NCBI GenBank assembly: GCA_038087875.1
Contig: JAXLNO010000305.1
Location: 1 to 64,000, forward strand
Reading direction: 5' to 3'
Source: Malacoraja senta
Taxonomy: Eukaryota
Length of the DNA: 64,000 nucleotides
Positions 11,746 to 24,181 of the stretch are shown piece after piece (positions within the stretch are counted from its first letter, which is position 1; every line of letters starts with the position of its first letter). The notes below the pieces were generated by a model, which worked only from the letters and a program-made list of their open reading frames with translations, did no database searches and had not been told where the DNA came from. Made by a program: the position numbers and the translations under genes.

Positions 11746-14700
11746 CTATGTTTGTAATAATTCTATAAATGCAGACCACGTCAGGTGGAAGTGATCTGGT
11801 TTACCTGCTAGGAGGAGTCTTATCTCTTCAAGGTGTAATGTTTCAAACATATTTGAAATCCACATATTTATAGTTGGTATTGGAGCCTTCTTCCAAAATT
11901 TTAGAATTAGCTTTTTTCCAGTTATTAACCCATAGTCCATTAATTTCTTTTGAAACACATTTAGTTCTGGATCATCTTCCGTTATTCCGAAGATAATCCA
12001 TTCTGCTTTGGGTATCAGTCTTGTTTTAAATAACTTTGTAAAGATTTCAAAAATTTCATTCCAAAATTTTTGAATTTTTGTACAGAAGACAAATGAGTGC
12101 GCTATAGTTGCTTCTTGGGATTGACATTTATCACAAATAGATGATACGTTTGGGAAAATTTTATGAATTTTAGTTTTCGAATAATATAATCTATGTAAAA
12201 TTTTAAATTGTATTAAAGTGTGTCTTACATTAATCGAGCATTTATGCACTTTTAATAAGTATTCATTCCAACTTTCCTTTGAAATTTTAATAGCTAACTC
12301 TTGTTCCCAGTCTCTTCTGATACCCTCCGTAGATGGTATTTGTGCATTTAAGATAATATTATACAAATATGATATTAAGTTTGCTGATTCCGCTTTTATC
12401 TGCATTGCCTCGTCCAGTACATCTGCTGGGTTATTATAATGATCTTTTGTATATTTTTTCAAATAGTCGCATATTTGAAAGTATTTAAAATATTGATTAT
12501 TTCCGAGTTTATATTTTATTTGTAATTGTTGAAATGAAAGTAATTTTCCAGTTTCATACAAGTCACCAAGCGTTTTAATTCCTAGTCTATCCCATTGTGT
12601 ATAAGCTTTATCTATAATAGAAGGACTAAACGAAGGGTTATTGACTATAGGTAATAAAAGTGATAAGTTTCTTAATTTTAAATTTTGTTTTATTTGTTTC
12701 CAAATACGGATTGTACTATGAATAATTGGGTTCTTATTATAGTTTATGTTATTCAATTTCATTGGAGAGAGGAGGATCGCTCCAATGTTTCTAGAGGAGC
12801 AATCCTCTTTCTCCATTACAATCCAGTCTACTTGCTGGGCGGAGTTATCCATCAGTTGAATCATGTTTTTAATATTTACTGACCAATAATAATACATAAA
12901 ATTAGGTAGTGCTAGACCCCCCAATACTTTAGGTTTATTCAGATGGGTTTTTTGTATTCTATGTGCTTTATAGTCCCATATAAAATTAGTGATATCTGAG
13001 TCGAGTTTTTTAAAAAACTTCTTAGGTAAGTATATAGGAATTGATTGAAATAGGTATAAAATTTGTGGTAAAAAGATCATTTTTATTGCGTTTATTCGGC
13101 CTATTAAAGACATCGGGAGCGTTTTCCAGAATTTAATTAATGTATTCAGTTTATTAAGTAGGGGGTCAAAATTTACCCTGAACATACCTTGATATGTTCT
13201 GGTAATTTCGATTCCCAAATATTTAAATTTTTCTGTAGCTATTTTAAAAGGGAATTTTAAAAGATGTGTTGAATCTTTCGGTTTTATTGACATAATTTCA
13301 CTTTTATTCCAATTTATTCTATATCCAGAAAAAGATCCGAAGTCTTCAATTAAATTTAATATATTTGGTATAGTGATTTGAGGTTTTGTAATATACAATA
13401 ATATATCATCCGCGTATAAAGATATTTTATTATATGAGTCTTTAGTATTATATCCATGAATATCAGGGTGTATTCTAATTTTTTCTGCTAGCGGTTCAAT
13501 AATGAGAGCAAACAGCTGTGGTGATAATGAGCATCCTTGTCTATTTCCCCTTGATAGTTGAAATTTCGAGGATAATATGTTATTAGTAAGTATTCTAGCT
13601 GTAGGTTTGTTATATAGTAACTTAATCCATAAAATAAAATTCTCTCCCAGTTGAAATTTTTGTAATACTTTATCCATATAATTCCATTCTACTTGATCAA
13701 ATGCTTTTTCAGCATCCAGCGAAATAATTGATAATTCTTGATCTTCAGATTTGTGTGAGTGCATTATGTTGAGTAGACGTCTCATATTATTAGAAGAGTA
13801 TCTCTTAGGGATAAACCCTGTCTGATCCGGGTTTATTAATTTACTAATGTATTTACTTAATCTTCTAGCTAATGTTTTCGCTAATATTTTTTGATCTGTG
13901 TTTAACAATGCTATAGCTCTATATGAGCCAGGTTCTTCTAAATCTTTATTTTTCTTAGGTATTAATGTAATCGTTGATTCCGCTAATGTATCAGGTAGTA
14001 TTCGTTTTTTAAAAGCGTATTGGTACATTTTTTGTAATCTTGGTATTATTTTATCATAAAAGCTTTTATAAAATTCATTAGTAAATCCATCAGGGCCTGG
14101 TGTTTTTCCATTTTTTAATGAGTTTATTGTATCTTCTAATTCCTTAATTGAGATTTGTGCACCCAGTTCCTCTTGTTCCTTCATCTCTAACTTTGGAAGA
14201 TTACAGGTATCCAAGAACTTTGTGATATTATTGGAATCAATTATCGTTTTAGATGTATACAAATTCTCGTAAAATTGCGCAAATCTTTTATTAATATCCT
14301 TCGGTGTTGTTAATAATTCCCCTTTATCTGATTTGATCTTTGGTATAGTATGTTCCTTTTCTCGTTTTTTTAGCTGGCGAGCCAAAAGTTTATGCGGTTT
14401 ATCCCCAAATTCAAAGTGCTCTTGTTTTGTAATTTGAAAAAGTCTTATAAGTTTGGCAGATAATAATTTATTTAATTTAAATTTTAAAATTATTATTTTA
14501 TTATGTTTATCTATTGATGGATCTTTAGCATTATCTATATCCATTTGTCTAATAAGTTTTTCTAACTGTCTTTGTTCATTCTTATTCGTTTTATTTTGAA
14601 AAGCATGATATGAAATTATAATACCCCTAATGTATGCTTTAAAAGATTCCCAAAGTAAAGTAGGCGATATATCTGAAGTATCATTTGTTTGAAAAAAGAC

Positions 14701-15537
14701 CTCCATTTGTTCTTTTAAATATATACTCGCTTGTGGATCTTTTAAAATTTGAGAGTTAAATCTCCAGAATGAATTATTCTTAGACAATCCTTCCAGTTTT
14801 AAAAAGAAAGTTAGTGGAGAATGGTCTGAAATTGAATTTGTATGGTATATTGCATTAGATGTTTGGGGGATTAATTTTGTATCCAGCAGAAAGTAGTCTA
14901 TACGTGAGTATGTCTTATGTACCATTGAGTAAAACGAATATTCCCTGCCAGTTGGATTCACAATTCTCCAAACATCTGCTATATTAGTGTTATTTATATA
15001 GGTATTGAGGAGTTCCCCAGTTTTCGATTTCATATTCCCTCTCTGTTTTTGACTTGATTTATCTAAGTACGGATCTAAAACACAGTTAAAGTCTCCGCCT
15101 ATTATAACATTTTGATAGTTTGACTCTGCAATTATATTGAAGATTTTATTGAAAAAGTGGGGATTATCAAAGTTAGGGGCATATATATTTACCAAAGTAA
15201 GTGGAGTGTCATGGATTTCTCCATTAACTATTAGGTATCTCCCTTCTATATCTGTTATAATATTCTTTGCTTTAAATGGTATACCTTTTCTTATGATAAT
15301 TGACGTGCCTCTAGATTTTGAAGTGAATGAAGAGTGGTATGTTTGACCTATCCATTTCGCCCTCAGCCTAACTTGGTCCTGAGGTTTTAGGTGTGTTTCT
15401 TGTAGGAAGGTAATGTCAGAATTATACATTTTTAGCTGAGCTAATATCTTACCCCTTTTGATAGGTTCGTTAATACCTCTTATATTCCAACTACAAAATG
15501 AGATTCCTCCTAGGTTCTTTTGTGTGGTGTCATGCAT
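11746..15537 (-). CDS. L1 ORF2p (APE endonuclease, RT, Cys-rich C-terminus), uninterrupted 1263 aa
   Basis: SWNIRG, LQETH, GDFN, SRIDY, SDH; PGPDG, DAEKAFD, RQGCSLSP, YADD; CDKC...H...C. Confidence 0.95.
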   Translation of the reverse strand: MHDTTQKNLGGISFCSWNIRGINEPIKRGKILAQLKMYNSDITFLQETHLKPQDQVRLRAKWIGQTYHSSFTSKSRGTSIIIRKGIPFKAKNIITDIEGRYLIVNGEIHDTPLTLVNIYAPNFDNPHFFNKIFNIIAESNYQNVIIGGDFNCVLDPYLDKSSQKQRGNMKSKTGELLNTYINNTNIADVWRIVNPTGREYSFYSMVHKTYSRIDYFLLDTKLIPQTSNAIYHTNSISDHSPLTFFLKLEGLSKNNSFWRFNSQILKDPQASIYLKEQMEVFFQTNDTSDISPTLLWESFKAYIRGIIISYHAFQNKTNKNEQRQLEKLIRQMDIDNAKDPSIDKHNKIIILKFKLNKLLSAKLIRLFQITKQEHFEFGDKPHKLLARQLKKREKEHTIPKIKSDKGELLTTPKDINKRFAQFYENLYTSKTIIDSNNITKFLDTCNLPKLEMKEQEELGAQISIKELEDTINSLKNGKTPGPDGFTNEFYKSFYDKIIPRLQKMYQYAFKKRILPDTLAESTITLIPKKNKDLEEPGSYRAIALLNTDQKILAKTLARRLSKYISKLINPDQTGFIPKRYSSNNMRRLLNIMHSHKSEDQELSIISLDAEKAFDQVEWNYMDKVLQKFQLGENFILWIKLLYNKPTARILTNNILSSKFQLSRGNRQGCSLSPQLFALIIEPLAEKIRIHPDIHGYNTKDSYNKISLYADDILLYITKPQITIPNILNLIEDFGSFSGYRINWNKSEIMSIKPKDSTHLLKFPFKIATEKFKYLGIEITRTYQGMFRVNFDPLLNKLNTLIKFWKTLPMSLIGRINAIKMIFLPQILYLFQSIPIYLPKKFFKKLDSDITNFIWDYKAHRIQKTHLNKPKVLGGLALPNFMYYYWSVNIKNMIQLMDNSAQQVDWIVMEKEDCSSRNIGAILLSPMKLNNINYNKNPIIHSTIRIWKQIKQNLKLRNLSLLLPIVNNPSFSPSIIDKAYTQWDRLGIKTLGDLYETGKLLSFQQLQIKYKLGNNQYFKYFQICDYLKKYTKDHYNNPADVLDEAMQIKAESANLISYLYNIILNAQIPSTEGIRRDWEQELAIKISKESWNEYLLKVHKCSINVRHTLIQFKILHRLYYSKTKIHKIFPNVSSICDKCQSQEATIAHSFVFCTKIQKFWNEIFEIFTKLFKTRLIPKAEWIIFGITEDDPELNVFQKKLMDYGLITGKKLILKFWKKAPIPTINMWISNMFETLHLEEIRLLLAGKPDHFHLTWSAFIELLQT

Positions 15538-16343
15538 TTTGAATAATTATAGTACCTTTGAATCTTGTGGTGCGTCCATGTCCCAGGTCTTTAGGTATTG
15601 GGGGAGTTTTTGAATTATTAACTTTTGCTGGTATGTCCATATTACTCTTACCACTAAACACAAAACACAAACAAGTGATTTTATGTGATAAAAAAAAAAC
15701 TAAAAAAGTGAGGCTACAGTGTCTGATATAATCGGCACTGTAGCGAGTGACCCATCTGTAGGTGGGAAAAAACCTTGTTTTGACTTCCATTGCGTTGTTA
15801 CTCAACTAGCTCCGCTCTCTTAGTTAATCATAACATATTAAAATATTAAAACGAGGCCTCACATTCAGATATATAATACAATTTTACCCTGATATTTCCT
15901 TATAACATATATATATATCAGAGTTTAATTATTAAACCAATATTTTTGATTTCAATAAGAATCAACTGTTGGTTGAAGGGGTTAACGAGACGTGCTCCTG
16001 GACATAAGCCAGGAGCTCGTTTCTCATCCCCTCCTCCCGCTTATAGACAAGGTTACAATTTATAAAAAATTCATATTAGTATGTTAGTTCGTTTTTTTTT
16101 TTTTTTTGTTAGTATTCTAATCTAACCTGCATAACTTTTAAAGTTGTTAATAGGATAAGTTCTTACAATTGGTTATAACATTTTAATCAATAAGCAATTA
16201 TTTTCTGATTCATATTCCAGCTGTAAAGTTGTTTACACGTTTTGAACAGAAAATGTCCTTGATTCAACATTCCAGAGATAACAGTGTAACTCTCCCCAGA
16301 CAAAACATAGCTGAGAATTATTCGGATCTGCCAAAGCTCCCTT

Positions 16344-17414
16344 TTATTTCTGTTTTTCAACGATCGTTTGGGCGTATTTGAAAGCGTCTTCAGGCTTAAC
16401 AAATGACTTTTCAAGACCATTAAAGGAAATACGCATTTTCGCGGGATAAAAAACCCCAAATCTGACCCCTTCTCTCCCTCTTAAAAGATCTTTAACCTTA
16501 TCAAATTTGTTTCTTTTTTGCACAATTTCATGTGGGTAGTCCCTGAATATCTTAATAGTGTCCTTGTCCAGCCGCAATTGTACACCATATTTGATTTTAC
16601 TCATAACATATTCCAGTTCTGCAGTATCTCGAAATTTCACTATAATATGTCGTGGATAAGCTTTTCCCGCATCAGATCTTTTTCCAAATCTTGGGACACG
16701 ATGAGCCACTTCGATTTTCGGTTCCTTGGAAAGATTCAACAGTTGTTTCAACAAGCCCATGGCAAATTCACGTACCTGTTCCCCTACTGCCCCCTCTGAA
16801 ACACCAAGAATTCTCAAATTCTGACGTCTAGAGCGAGCTTCCAGGTCCAGGCATTTGACTGAGACTTTCTCTAATTGAGTCCCCATTTGTAGTGATGCTT
16901 GTTCGTTTTCTCGCCTCATTTGCTCATGTTCTTGCCTCAATTTCGCCATGTCTTCAACCAGTCGAGCCGTATTTTTCTCCAATTCCGTAATTGTGTGCAT
17001 ACTTGCAGCTACTGTTTCAAGTACAGCCGTGAACTTATCCGTAGTAATTACATCCATCTTATCCATTTTCTCTGATAGTCCATCTTTCACCTCATCAATT
17101 CGTTTATTCATAATGTCCAGTAAATCCGTCATATTCTTCTGGTTACCAGCATTTAAATCCTTCATCATCTTCTCCATTCCTTCCATCATTTTTGCCGAAT
17201 TTTCCTTCATTTCCTTCTTATCTTCCACCCTATTATCCGAGATCTCATCTTTCAAATTTTTCATTGATTTCTTCAAGTCATCAAAGTCTTTCTTAGATCT
17301 TGTATCCATTTCTGCAGCCACTTCAGAGACTTCAGAGGTAACTTCTGCTTCAAACTTTTTCGACAGCTTATTCACAGCTCTCTGAGGGCTCACAGCTGGA
17401 GGCAATTTACTCAT
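16344..17414 (-). CDS. L1 ORF1p (coiled coil + RRM/CTD), 356 aa
   Basis: Long heptad region, DLEARSRRQNLRILGV.EG, AHRV, IIVKF, IFRDYP, YPAKMR. Confidence 0.92.
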   Translation of the reverse strand: MSKLPPAVSPQRAVNKLSKKFEAEVTSEVSEVAAEMDTRSKKDFDDLKKSMKNLKDEISDNRVEDKKEMKENSAKMMEGMEKMMKDLNAGNQKNMTDLLDIMNKRIDEVKDGLSEKMDKMDVITTDKFTAVLETVAASMHTITELEKNTARLVEDMAKLRQEHEQMRRENEQASLQMGTQLEKVSVKCLDLEARSRRQNLRILGVSEGAVGEQVREFAMGLLKQLLNLSKEPKIEVAHRVPRFGKRSDAGKAYPRHIIVKFRDTAELEYVMSKIKYGVQLRLDKDTIKIFRDYPHEIVQKRNKFDKVKDLLRGREGVRFGVFYPAKMRISFNGLEKSFVKPEDAFKYAQTIVEKQK

Positions 17415-18711
17415 TTAAAGGGCTTCAAACCACCGTTTAAAACATCGCGTTTAACGATGACGTCATCAGCGCGGTAACCAGAAGCTCCGGTAAGGTTTTT
17501 AAAAACAATCCCGATTTTCGGACCCGTTTTACACGATAAATCGTGAAGTTTTTCGGGAGAGGAGCTGGGTGCACGTCTGTTAGTCTAACATGACGCCACC
17601 GGAAGTCATGTCTTACTAACTTCATCAAGTTTTTTTGAGAAGGTGATGAAGATGGAGCCGTGGATGGCTACATTTGGGCCTTTGATAAGGTCCTCCATGC
17701 TAGGCTGATCATGAAGATTAAGATGCATTGAATTCATGGATACTTGCTGTACAGATTAGGAACTGGCTTACTCATAGAAGACAGAGTTGTGGTAGGCTTG
17801 GGCAAGGAAATCTCTAACCACATTCTGAAAGCATGAAAGAAGAATGGGAAATGGAGGAGAACCCTTTCTCTTTGGAGAAGAGGGTATAATCATGATGTGG
17901 TAGTTTTCAGCAAGCCCTACTCACACTCTACTTGATTTAGGATTCTAATGACTTTGTTTTGCAACATTCAAGAAGAATGCTGCACATTAAATAATTATTA
18001 TAACCTATTGTTCAGTGTTTATTGTGACTCCTTGCCTTTCTTGATTTCCTTAATGATTTGGGCTAATCTGTTTATTCTGTTTGTGAATCCAGCGAATGAT
18101 GTGAATTAGATTAGCGTGCTGTTCTGCAGGACTCGTAAACAGAATATAGAATCAGTGCTCTACAGTCTTGCACTTTTAGAAGCAGCATGCTAATCTAATA
18201 GATTTTCCTCTTGCATTTGTGTAACTACAATAATCTTCCCCAATCTGTCATCATCTGTTGACTCCAAATTGCTTAAATATGTGATTGTTTTCCTTTTGAA
18301 GTTATGTGCTGGTTTCGTTTAAAATGTGATCAATATTTGTAATAGAATGCTGGGTCAGTGGGTGAAAACAAAAAAACGTTCTGACATGTTTGTATTGTGA
18401 TGGAACGGTAGTTTTATTGAAGTGAACATAAGATGTCCATATTGATCTTCCTTCCACATGTTTCCATTGATCTGGCCAAGCATGTTTTATTTACCAAACT
18501 TCTAACAATGGTCTAGTAACTTATTGCCATTCATGTGTATTTGCAGCTTATTATTGTGCAGTATATGCGACTGTTCAAAACATACAGATGTAATTTCAAT
18601 GCTTTGAATTTTGTTTTGATAAGTTAGTTGGCAGTACTGTCATGTTTGGATTATTAATGTAGTGGATAACTAAGACAAGCTTTCTTTAGGTTTTACTTTG
18701 GGAAGTTACTG

Positions 18712-18782
18712 AGCGGCACAGTGGCACAGCAGTAGAGTTGCTGCCTTACAGTGCCAAAAACATGGGTTCGATCCAGACCACT
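18712..18782 (+). mobile_element. tRNA-derived SINE head fragment
   Basis: gcggcacagtggcacagcagtagagttgctgccttacagtgcc...gggttcgatcc (A/B box-like), homologous to 23890-23960. Confidence 0.7.
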
Positions 18783-20329
18783 GGATTGATTTTAAATGAT
18801 GATGTCCAATTCTCGTATCCTTGGACTTTATCCGTCATGCGATTTCCTTGGTTTTAATAATACCGTCCTTCAATCTTCTTTCAAATTGATATGTCTGTCA
18901 TTTGATTTTTGTCCAGGTATCTATCCCTTCTACATTTAACTTTCTGAAGTATTTTCCAACTCTGACTTTTATTTTGTGTAACTCTTATTGTAATTATGTT
19001 TTTAATGTTTTTTCGATATGAATGTGAAGAACGATTAATATTTAATATTCTCGTGTTCGTCCTCCCTTGCACCTCTCCATCCCTAGCCTGTTCTAATGCT
19101 ACAGTCGTTTCTGTTTTTTTCTACCTTCAGCATCTCTAATCTCTTATTGGCATCTGCTGTCAGCTGTCTCGGTCCTGGGGTTCCTTCAAATCTTCCTTTC
19201 TCTCTTAAACCATGGTTTTAAATACCTTTCACTTAATCCTGCAATACTATTTTGCTTGTTTGGTGTTTCTGTGAGCATTTGGTAAATCCAAGATTTTTTC
19301 ACCATGTGGCCTCACTCCAAGCTCTTGTTTCTGAGGCTGGGAAGACCAATTGTTTTTCCTGCAGTGTTTTGCTCTAGGCTGTTGGCCTTTAGATATTTTG
19401 CATGTCATTGCGGATGGTGTGACTGTTTTCATTACGTAAAAAATGTAACACTTGGCCAAGCACAAGTTACATTCGGGTTTCATTGCGCTGGAATACAAAG
19501 TCTTTGCAAAATGGCTTTATGTTGACAATAGAGCTTTTTGAATTATGAATTGGGAATTGTATTTGAATTCGAACATCATAAATGACCCCCCAAAAAATAG
19601 GGAGATTATGTTTAATTTTCTTTTGATCTGAATGCTGCGAAAGAACTAATATATTGATCATTCTGGTCTTGCATAGTATTGGTCTGTTCAAAAGCGCTAA
19701 AAGATCTGTTCAAACCTATAGTGTTTTTCAGTGAAGTCTGAAGAGTTAGCTAGGCTGCATGGAGAGAAACAGAACTCTGGTGTCAACTCACATTGAAGCT
19801 CATTACTTTTAAAACTTTATCTACAATTAGATAGGAGGCACACAGGTCACAGAAGTAGTTGATACTTTAATTTTATTTCCCCAATTATATTACTTGCCCA
19901 ATTAGAGACTTCAAATTACACTATTTCCAGCTATCAGCAGCATCTTTGTATTCACTAGAACGGAAATGGTTTGAACATCTGCTTCTAATTTCTACAAGTA
20001 GAAATGGTTTTGGCAATTGATAGTAACTGCCATTGCAGTTTTGTTTGCTTGAAAACATTTTGTTTATTGCTTTTTTAAACTAATGCAACGTTACTTTTCA
20101 ACATTGAGCACTTGAACCCACGTTTAAAAAATATTTTTTGGAGGCTCGAGATACAAAACTTCAAAATGTAAAATATATATTGCCAATCATTAGTGTGACA
20201 TAGGGAGAGCTTGGAAATATGTAGATTCACCGGACTAAAAAGACATCATTCAATTCACTGCATTGTTCTATGGAAAATTAATTTGGATTTAGCGTCTAGG
20301 ATGCACAAATCATGCAATTAACTATGATG

Positions 20330-20955
20330 TGCTCTTACGACGGCCCACGTGGCCAGAAGGCTTCCCGACGGGCCGCAGCTGTGGACAGGGAACGAGACCG
20401 GAGGCCTTTATCGAGGCGCCGTGGTCTCTACTCCTCCCGGATCGCCGTGTAGAAGCCTGGGTCGGGGCCTCGCGGGTCGGAGTCTGGGTCGGCGGAGCGG
20501 CCGACGGAATCCGTGGCTGGGGCCCGGATCGGCACCATGGAGGCGTGAAGTAGGGCGGTGGCAGCGGTGAAGCCTCGTGACGATGGGGCCTCAGCGGTGG
20601 CAAAGCCTTGTGGCGGCAGCGATGCCTCGTGGGTCGACCTGTGGTCGATGAGAGCATGGAGGACCTCCGTGAGGGGGGAGGGGAAGGACAATGGAGGACC
20701 CGGCGTGGGAGGACCGTCGGGAGGTGGGTGAGGGGAGATCAGTGGACAATTGGGGAGGGGAGGAGAACAAAGGACAATGGGGACCCGGTGTGGGGGAACC
20801 ACTGTGGATGAGGGGGGGAGAGACAACAAGAGGAGGAGCCGGCGTGCTTCGTAACTTTGTCACCACCAAAGGTGGCTGCTGTTTGTATACATTGTGTATG
20901 CGGCAAAGAATTTCGCTGTGCTTAGTCACATGTGACAATAAAGTATTCCTATTCC
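20330..20955 (+). mobile_element. GC/CpG-rich retroposon fragment with a Rex/Babar-like 3' tail
   Basis: Abrupt GC-rich block in AT-rich surroundings, ending aagaatttcgctgtg...gtgacaataaa, similar to tails near 34700, 47580 and 60340; family assignment uncertain. Confidence 0.45.
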
Positions 20956-21669
20956 AGCATTAGCCCCTTTTAAATGCCCATGCACTTAATACAGAAAGTA
21001 ATTTTATTTCTAGCGGCCAGGAGTCTCATTCTTACGTAAGTGAATGCTGAGTTTATAGCCTTTATTGTTCTGGAAGCTGCTACAGAAGTGTAAATTTGTG
21101 TAACACTGAGTATTTAAATTGTTTTTAACTGAAGTAAGTGCTCGATATGTAATTGTTGTACATTAATTGTTGGAATGCATCAGTTATGTAGATGTTTCAG
21201 GTTGAATGATCCAACTGCTCAAATCATCAGGTTAGGGAAGCTAATATCAGATGTTGTGCTGTATATCTACATATAGTTACGTTTGAAAACTACACCTGAC
21301 TTTTTAAAAGTTTATTAACTCCCCAGTAAAAACACAGATTGACGTACTGTTATTGTTGCATCCTGTTTTCAACAGTAGTAGTGCCCACAGAGCTAGAATG
21401 GTCATTTGTTTAGCAAGTTCCAGCTTTTAATGTTTCATTTGACGTCAAAGGAGGCCACTTAGGTCCATTGACTCTCAGAGCAGTTCCATTGTCTCACTAA
21501 CTTTCTCTTGATCCCTTCAGCCCAGATTTTCATTGACACCTTCCAGGTTCTATGACTGTTCTACACATTAGGGCAATTTATCGTGGCCAATTAACCAACC
21601 ATCTCACTCATCTTGGAGAATGGGTGAATATGGAGCATTCGGAGGAAAACTGAATGCAAACAATATAAT

Positions 21670-22587
21670 GTAGACAAAAGTGCTGGAGAAACTCAGCGGG
21701 TGCGGCAGCATCTATGGTGCGAAGGAAATAGGCAATGTTTCGGGCCGAAACCCTTCTTCAGACTGATGTGGGGTGGGGCGGGAAGAAGAAAGGAAGAGGA
21801 GGAGCCAGAGGGCTGAGGGAGAGCTGAGAAGGGGAGGAGACAGTGAGGGCTACCTGAAATTGGAGAAGTCAATGTTCATGCCGCTGGGGTATAAACTGCC
21901 CAAGTGAAATATGAGGTGCTGCTCCTCCAATTTCCGGTGGTCCTCACTCTGGCCATGGAGGAGGCCCACGACAGAAAGGTCGGATTCGGAATGGGAGGGG
22001 GAGTTGAAGTGCTGAGCCACTGGGAGATCAGGTTGGTTATTGCGGACCGAGCGGAGGTGTTCGGCGAAGCGATCGCCAAGCCTACGCTTGGTCTCACCGA
22101 TGTAGATCAGCTGACATCTAGAGCTGCGGATGCAATAGATGAGGTTGGAGGAGGTGCAGGTGAACCTCTGTCGCACCTAGAATGACTGCTTGTGTCCTTG
22201 AATGGAGTCACGGGGGGAGGTAAAGCGATAAGTGTAGCATTTCTTGCGGTTGCAAGGGAAAGTGCCCGTGGAGGGGGTGGTACGGGTGGGAAGGGACGAA
22301 TTGACCAGGGAGATTTACGGAGGGAGCGGTCTTTGCGGAAAGCAGACGGGGGAGGAGATGGGAAGATGTGGCGAGTGGTGGGGTCACGTTGGAGGTGGTG
22401 AAAATGACGGAGGATTATTTGTTGTATGTGACGGCTAGTAGGGTGGAAGGTGAGGACTAGGGGGACTCTGCCCTTGTTACGAGTGGGGGGGATGGGGAGA
22501 GAGAGCAGTGTTATGGGGTATTGAAGAAACCCTGGTGAGAGCCTCGTCTATAGTTGGGGAGGGGAACCCCCGTTCCCTGAAGAATGA
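21670..22587 (-). mobile_element. Penelope-like element 3' fragment (GIY-YIG endonuclease + terminal region)
   Basis: ORF 21850-22176 FTCTSSNLIYCI...LIYIGETKRRLGDRFAEH; terminal CTGAAGA...GAAA motif. Confidence 0.87.
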
Positions 22588-23401
22588 ACTATTTAATATG
22601 GTCATGGGTGATTAAGAATGAATGAAATCTCATTCATTTCAGAGAATTTAGTAGGTGGGCTCAAATGTGAAAATAAATTCAGTTGTAAAGTACTAAAGTG
22701 ACTGGATTATGCTTGGAGTCTAGAATAGAGGTGCACAGGATCATAGAATGTCTATCATCAGATTTGTTTAGAAGGATCACTTGCACTTCAACTGTGTTGA
22801 ATGTGGACAAGGCCTTGCCAAACTATGCCAGCAGAAGTTTGTTTTAAAATGTCATCTCATTTCACAGCAAAATTACATCATCCTGTTTGTTGCTAGAAAA
22901 ATCCTACAGCATTTTTACTCAGCAGTTGGAACATGGAGAATCAAGGAGTTGTGCTGCATAGAAACAGGCCCTTTTGGCCTGCCTTGTCTATGTTTACCCG
23001 ATGCCACTAAATACATTTTCCTGGACCAGAGTCATATTTATTTGCACCTTTCCTATCTAAGTACCTGTCCAACTGCTTAAAATATTGTGATAGGAACAAC
23101 TACTGCCATCTCTAGCAGCGTGTCCCAGGTAAAATCACCCGAAGCACGCTGTGTGGGAAAAACTTGTCCTTAAATCTGACGAGGGCATCTATCTCGGGAG
23201 GCTTGATTTGTCAGATGGATAGGTTAAATTGCCACTTTAATGAACGGAGTTATCTTTTACCCTTTTTTCTTGAATTGCTTGTATAGTTAAAATTGTCCTG
23301 ATTAGTTGCGAGGAGGGCAATGTTTGCAGTTTGCTTGTGGCTCTTGTTTTGTTGGTGTCTTCATTGTAGCTTTGTTTTTTCAGGTGAGAATTATTTGCAT
23401 C

Positions 23402-23428
23402 ATGTCACAGTCTTCAGACAAGTTCAAG
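23402..23428 (+). CDS. SEPTIN2: Septin-2 first coding exon (MSQSSDKFK); exon 23384-23428 including 5' UTR
   Basis: Acceptor tttgttttttcag|23384, ATG 23402, donor AAG|gtaagc; phase 0 fits the next exon; resembles the short MS..K first coding exon of vertebrate SEPT2. Confidence 0.72.
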
Positions 23429-23889
23429 GTAAGCATATTTGCATAAATGATTATGTATTATTTATTTTCACAATTTTACAATTATGTGCACTCGGACGGC
23501 GTTTAGTGGAGTCATTCAGAAGTAATAGTGGCAGGCACTGGTCAGCTTTATGGTGGCCGTAATATTTTGCAGCAGCTTGCTTTATCTCTGATGTACAGTA
23601 GAGAGATTACTCTTCTACTTGCATAGTGTGGGGGAGGGGGGGCAGGGACAGTGGAAATAAATTGATTTCAAATGTATTGGGCAGTGATTGAATATGACTC
23701 TAATCTAAAGTTTCTCGGTATATCTTCAAGGATAGTTGGAGGTAATACTGATGTTCTGGGGAGTGGATGGGTTGGCAACTTGTTTAAAGACAGCATGAGT
23801 AGATGTTCAGTGGAATTGTTGGTGCTTTTGTCATTGAAGTACAGTAGGTGAATTAGGAAAAATCTTTTTTCATTATTCAACTGAAAAAA

Positions 23890-24181
23890 CAGCTGGTGGC
23901 ACTGTGGTAGAGTTGCTGCTTTACGGCGCCAGAGACCCAGAATCGATCGTGACTCCGGGTGCTGTCTGTACGGAGCGTGCACGTTCTCCCTGTGACTACA
24001 TGGGTTTTCTCCTGGTGCCCCAGTTTCCTCCCACATTGCTAAGATATGCATGTTGGGAAGATTAATTGGCTTCTGTAAAGTGTCCTTGGTGTGTAGGATA
24101 GAACTAGTGAACGGGTGATTGATGGTCGGTGTGGACTTGGTGGCTGAAAGGTTGGTTTCCACGCCGTATATCTAAACTAAA
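23890..24181 (+). mobile_element. V-SINE (HE1-like): tRNA head, V domain, CR1-like tail
   Basis: ggtagagttgctgc...gagcgtgcacgttctccctgtgact...gggttttctcctggtgccccagtttcctcccaca...ctaaactaaa. Confidence 0.8.

Larger units (their letters stand above)
11322..17604 (-). mobile_element. Full-length L1 LINE with poly(A) tail and TSD
   Basis: Direct repeat gtcatgtcttactaacttc at 11303-11321 and 17605-17623; T-run from 11322; 5' end reads (GAC)TTCCGGTGGCG; both ORFs open. Confidence 0.96.
11140..17790 (+). mobile_element. CR1 RT fragment split in two (11140-11321 and 17605-17790) by the L1 insertion
   Basis: ENPGYYGPVNLSSVVGKLLE and cagcatggcttt on the left; continuation on the right with tttgataaggtcc and ggaactggctt. 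Confidence 0.75.

Noticed and set aside
15530..15805. 91-aa ORF in the L1 spacer as a third L1 protein
   Set aside because: Non-ATG start, no recognisable motif and a length expected by chance.
20330..20830. CpG-rich block as the septin promoter or first exon
   Set aside because: It runs directly into a retroposon-type 3' tail and has no convincing splice donor; the true promoter could not be located in this window.
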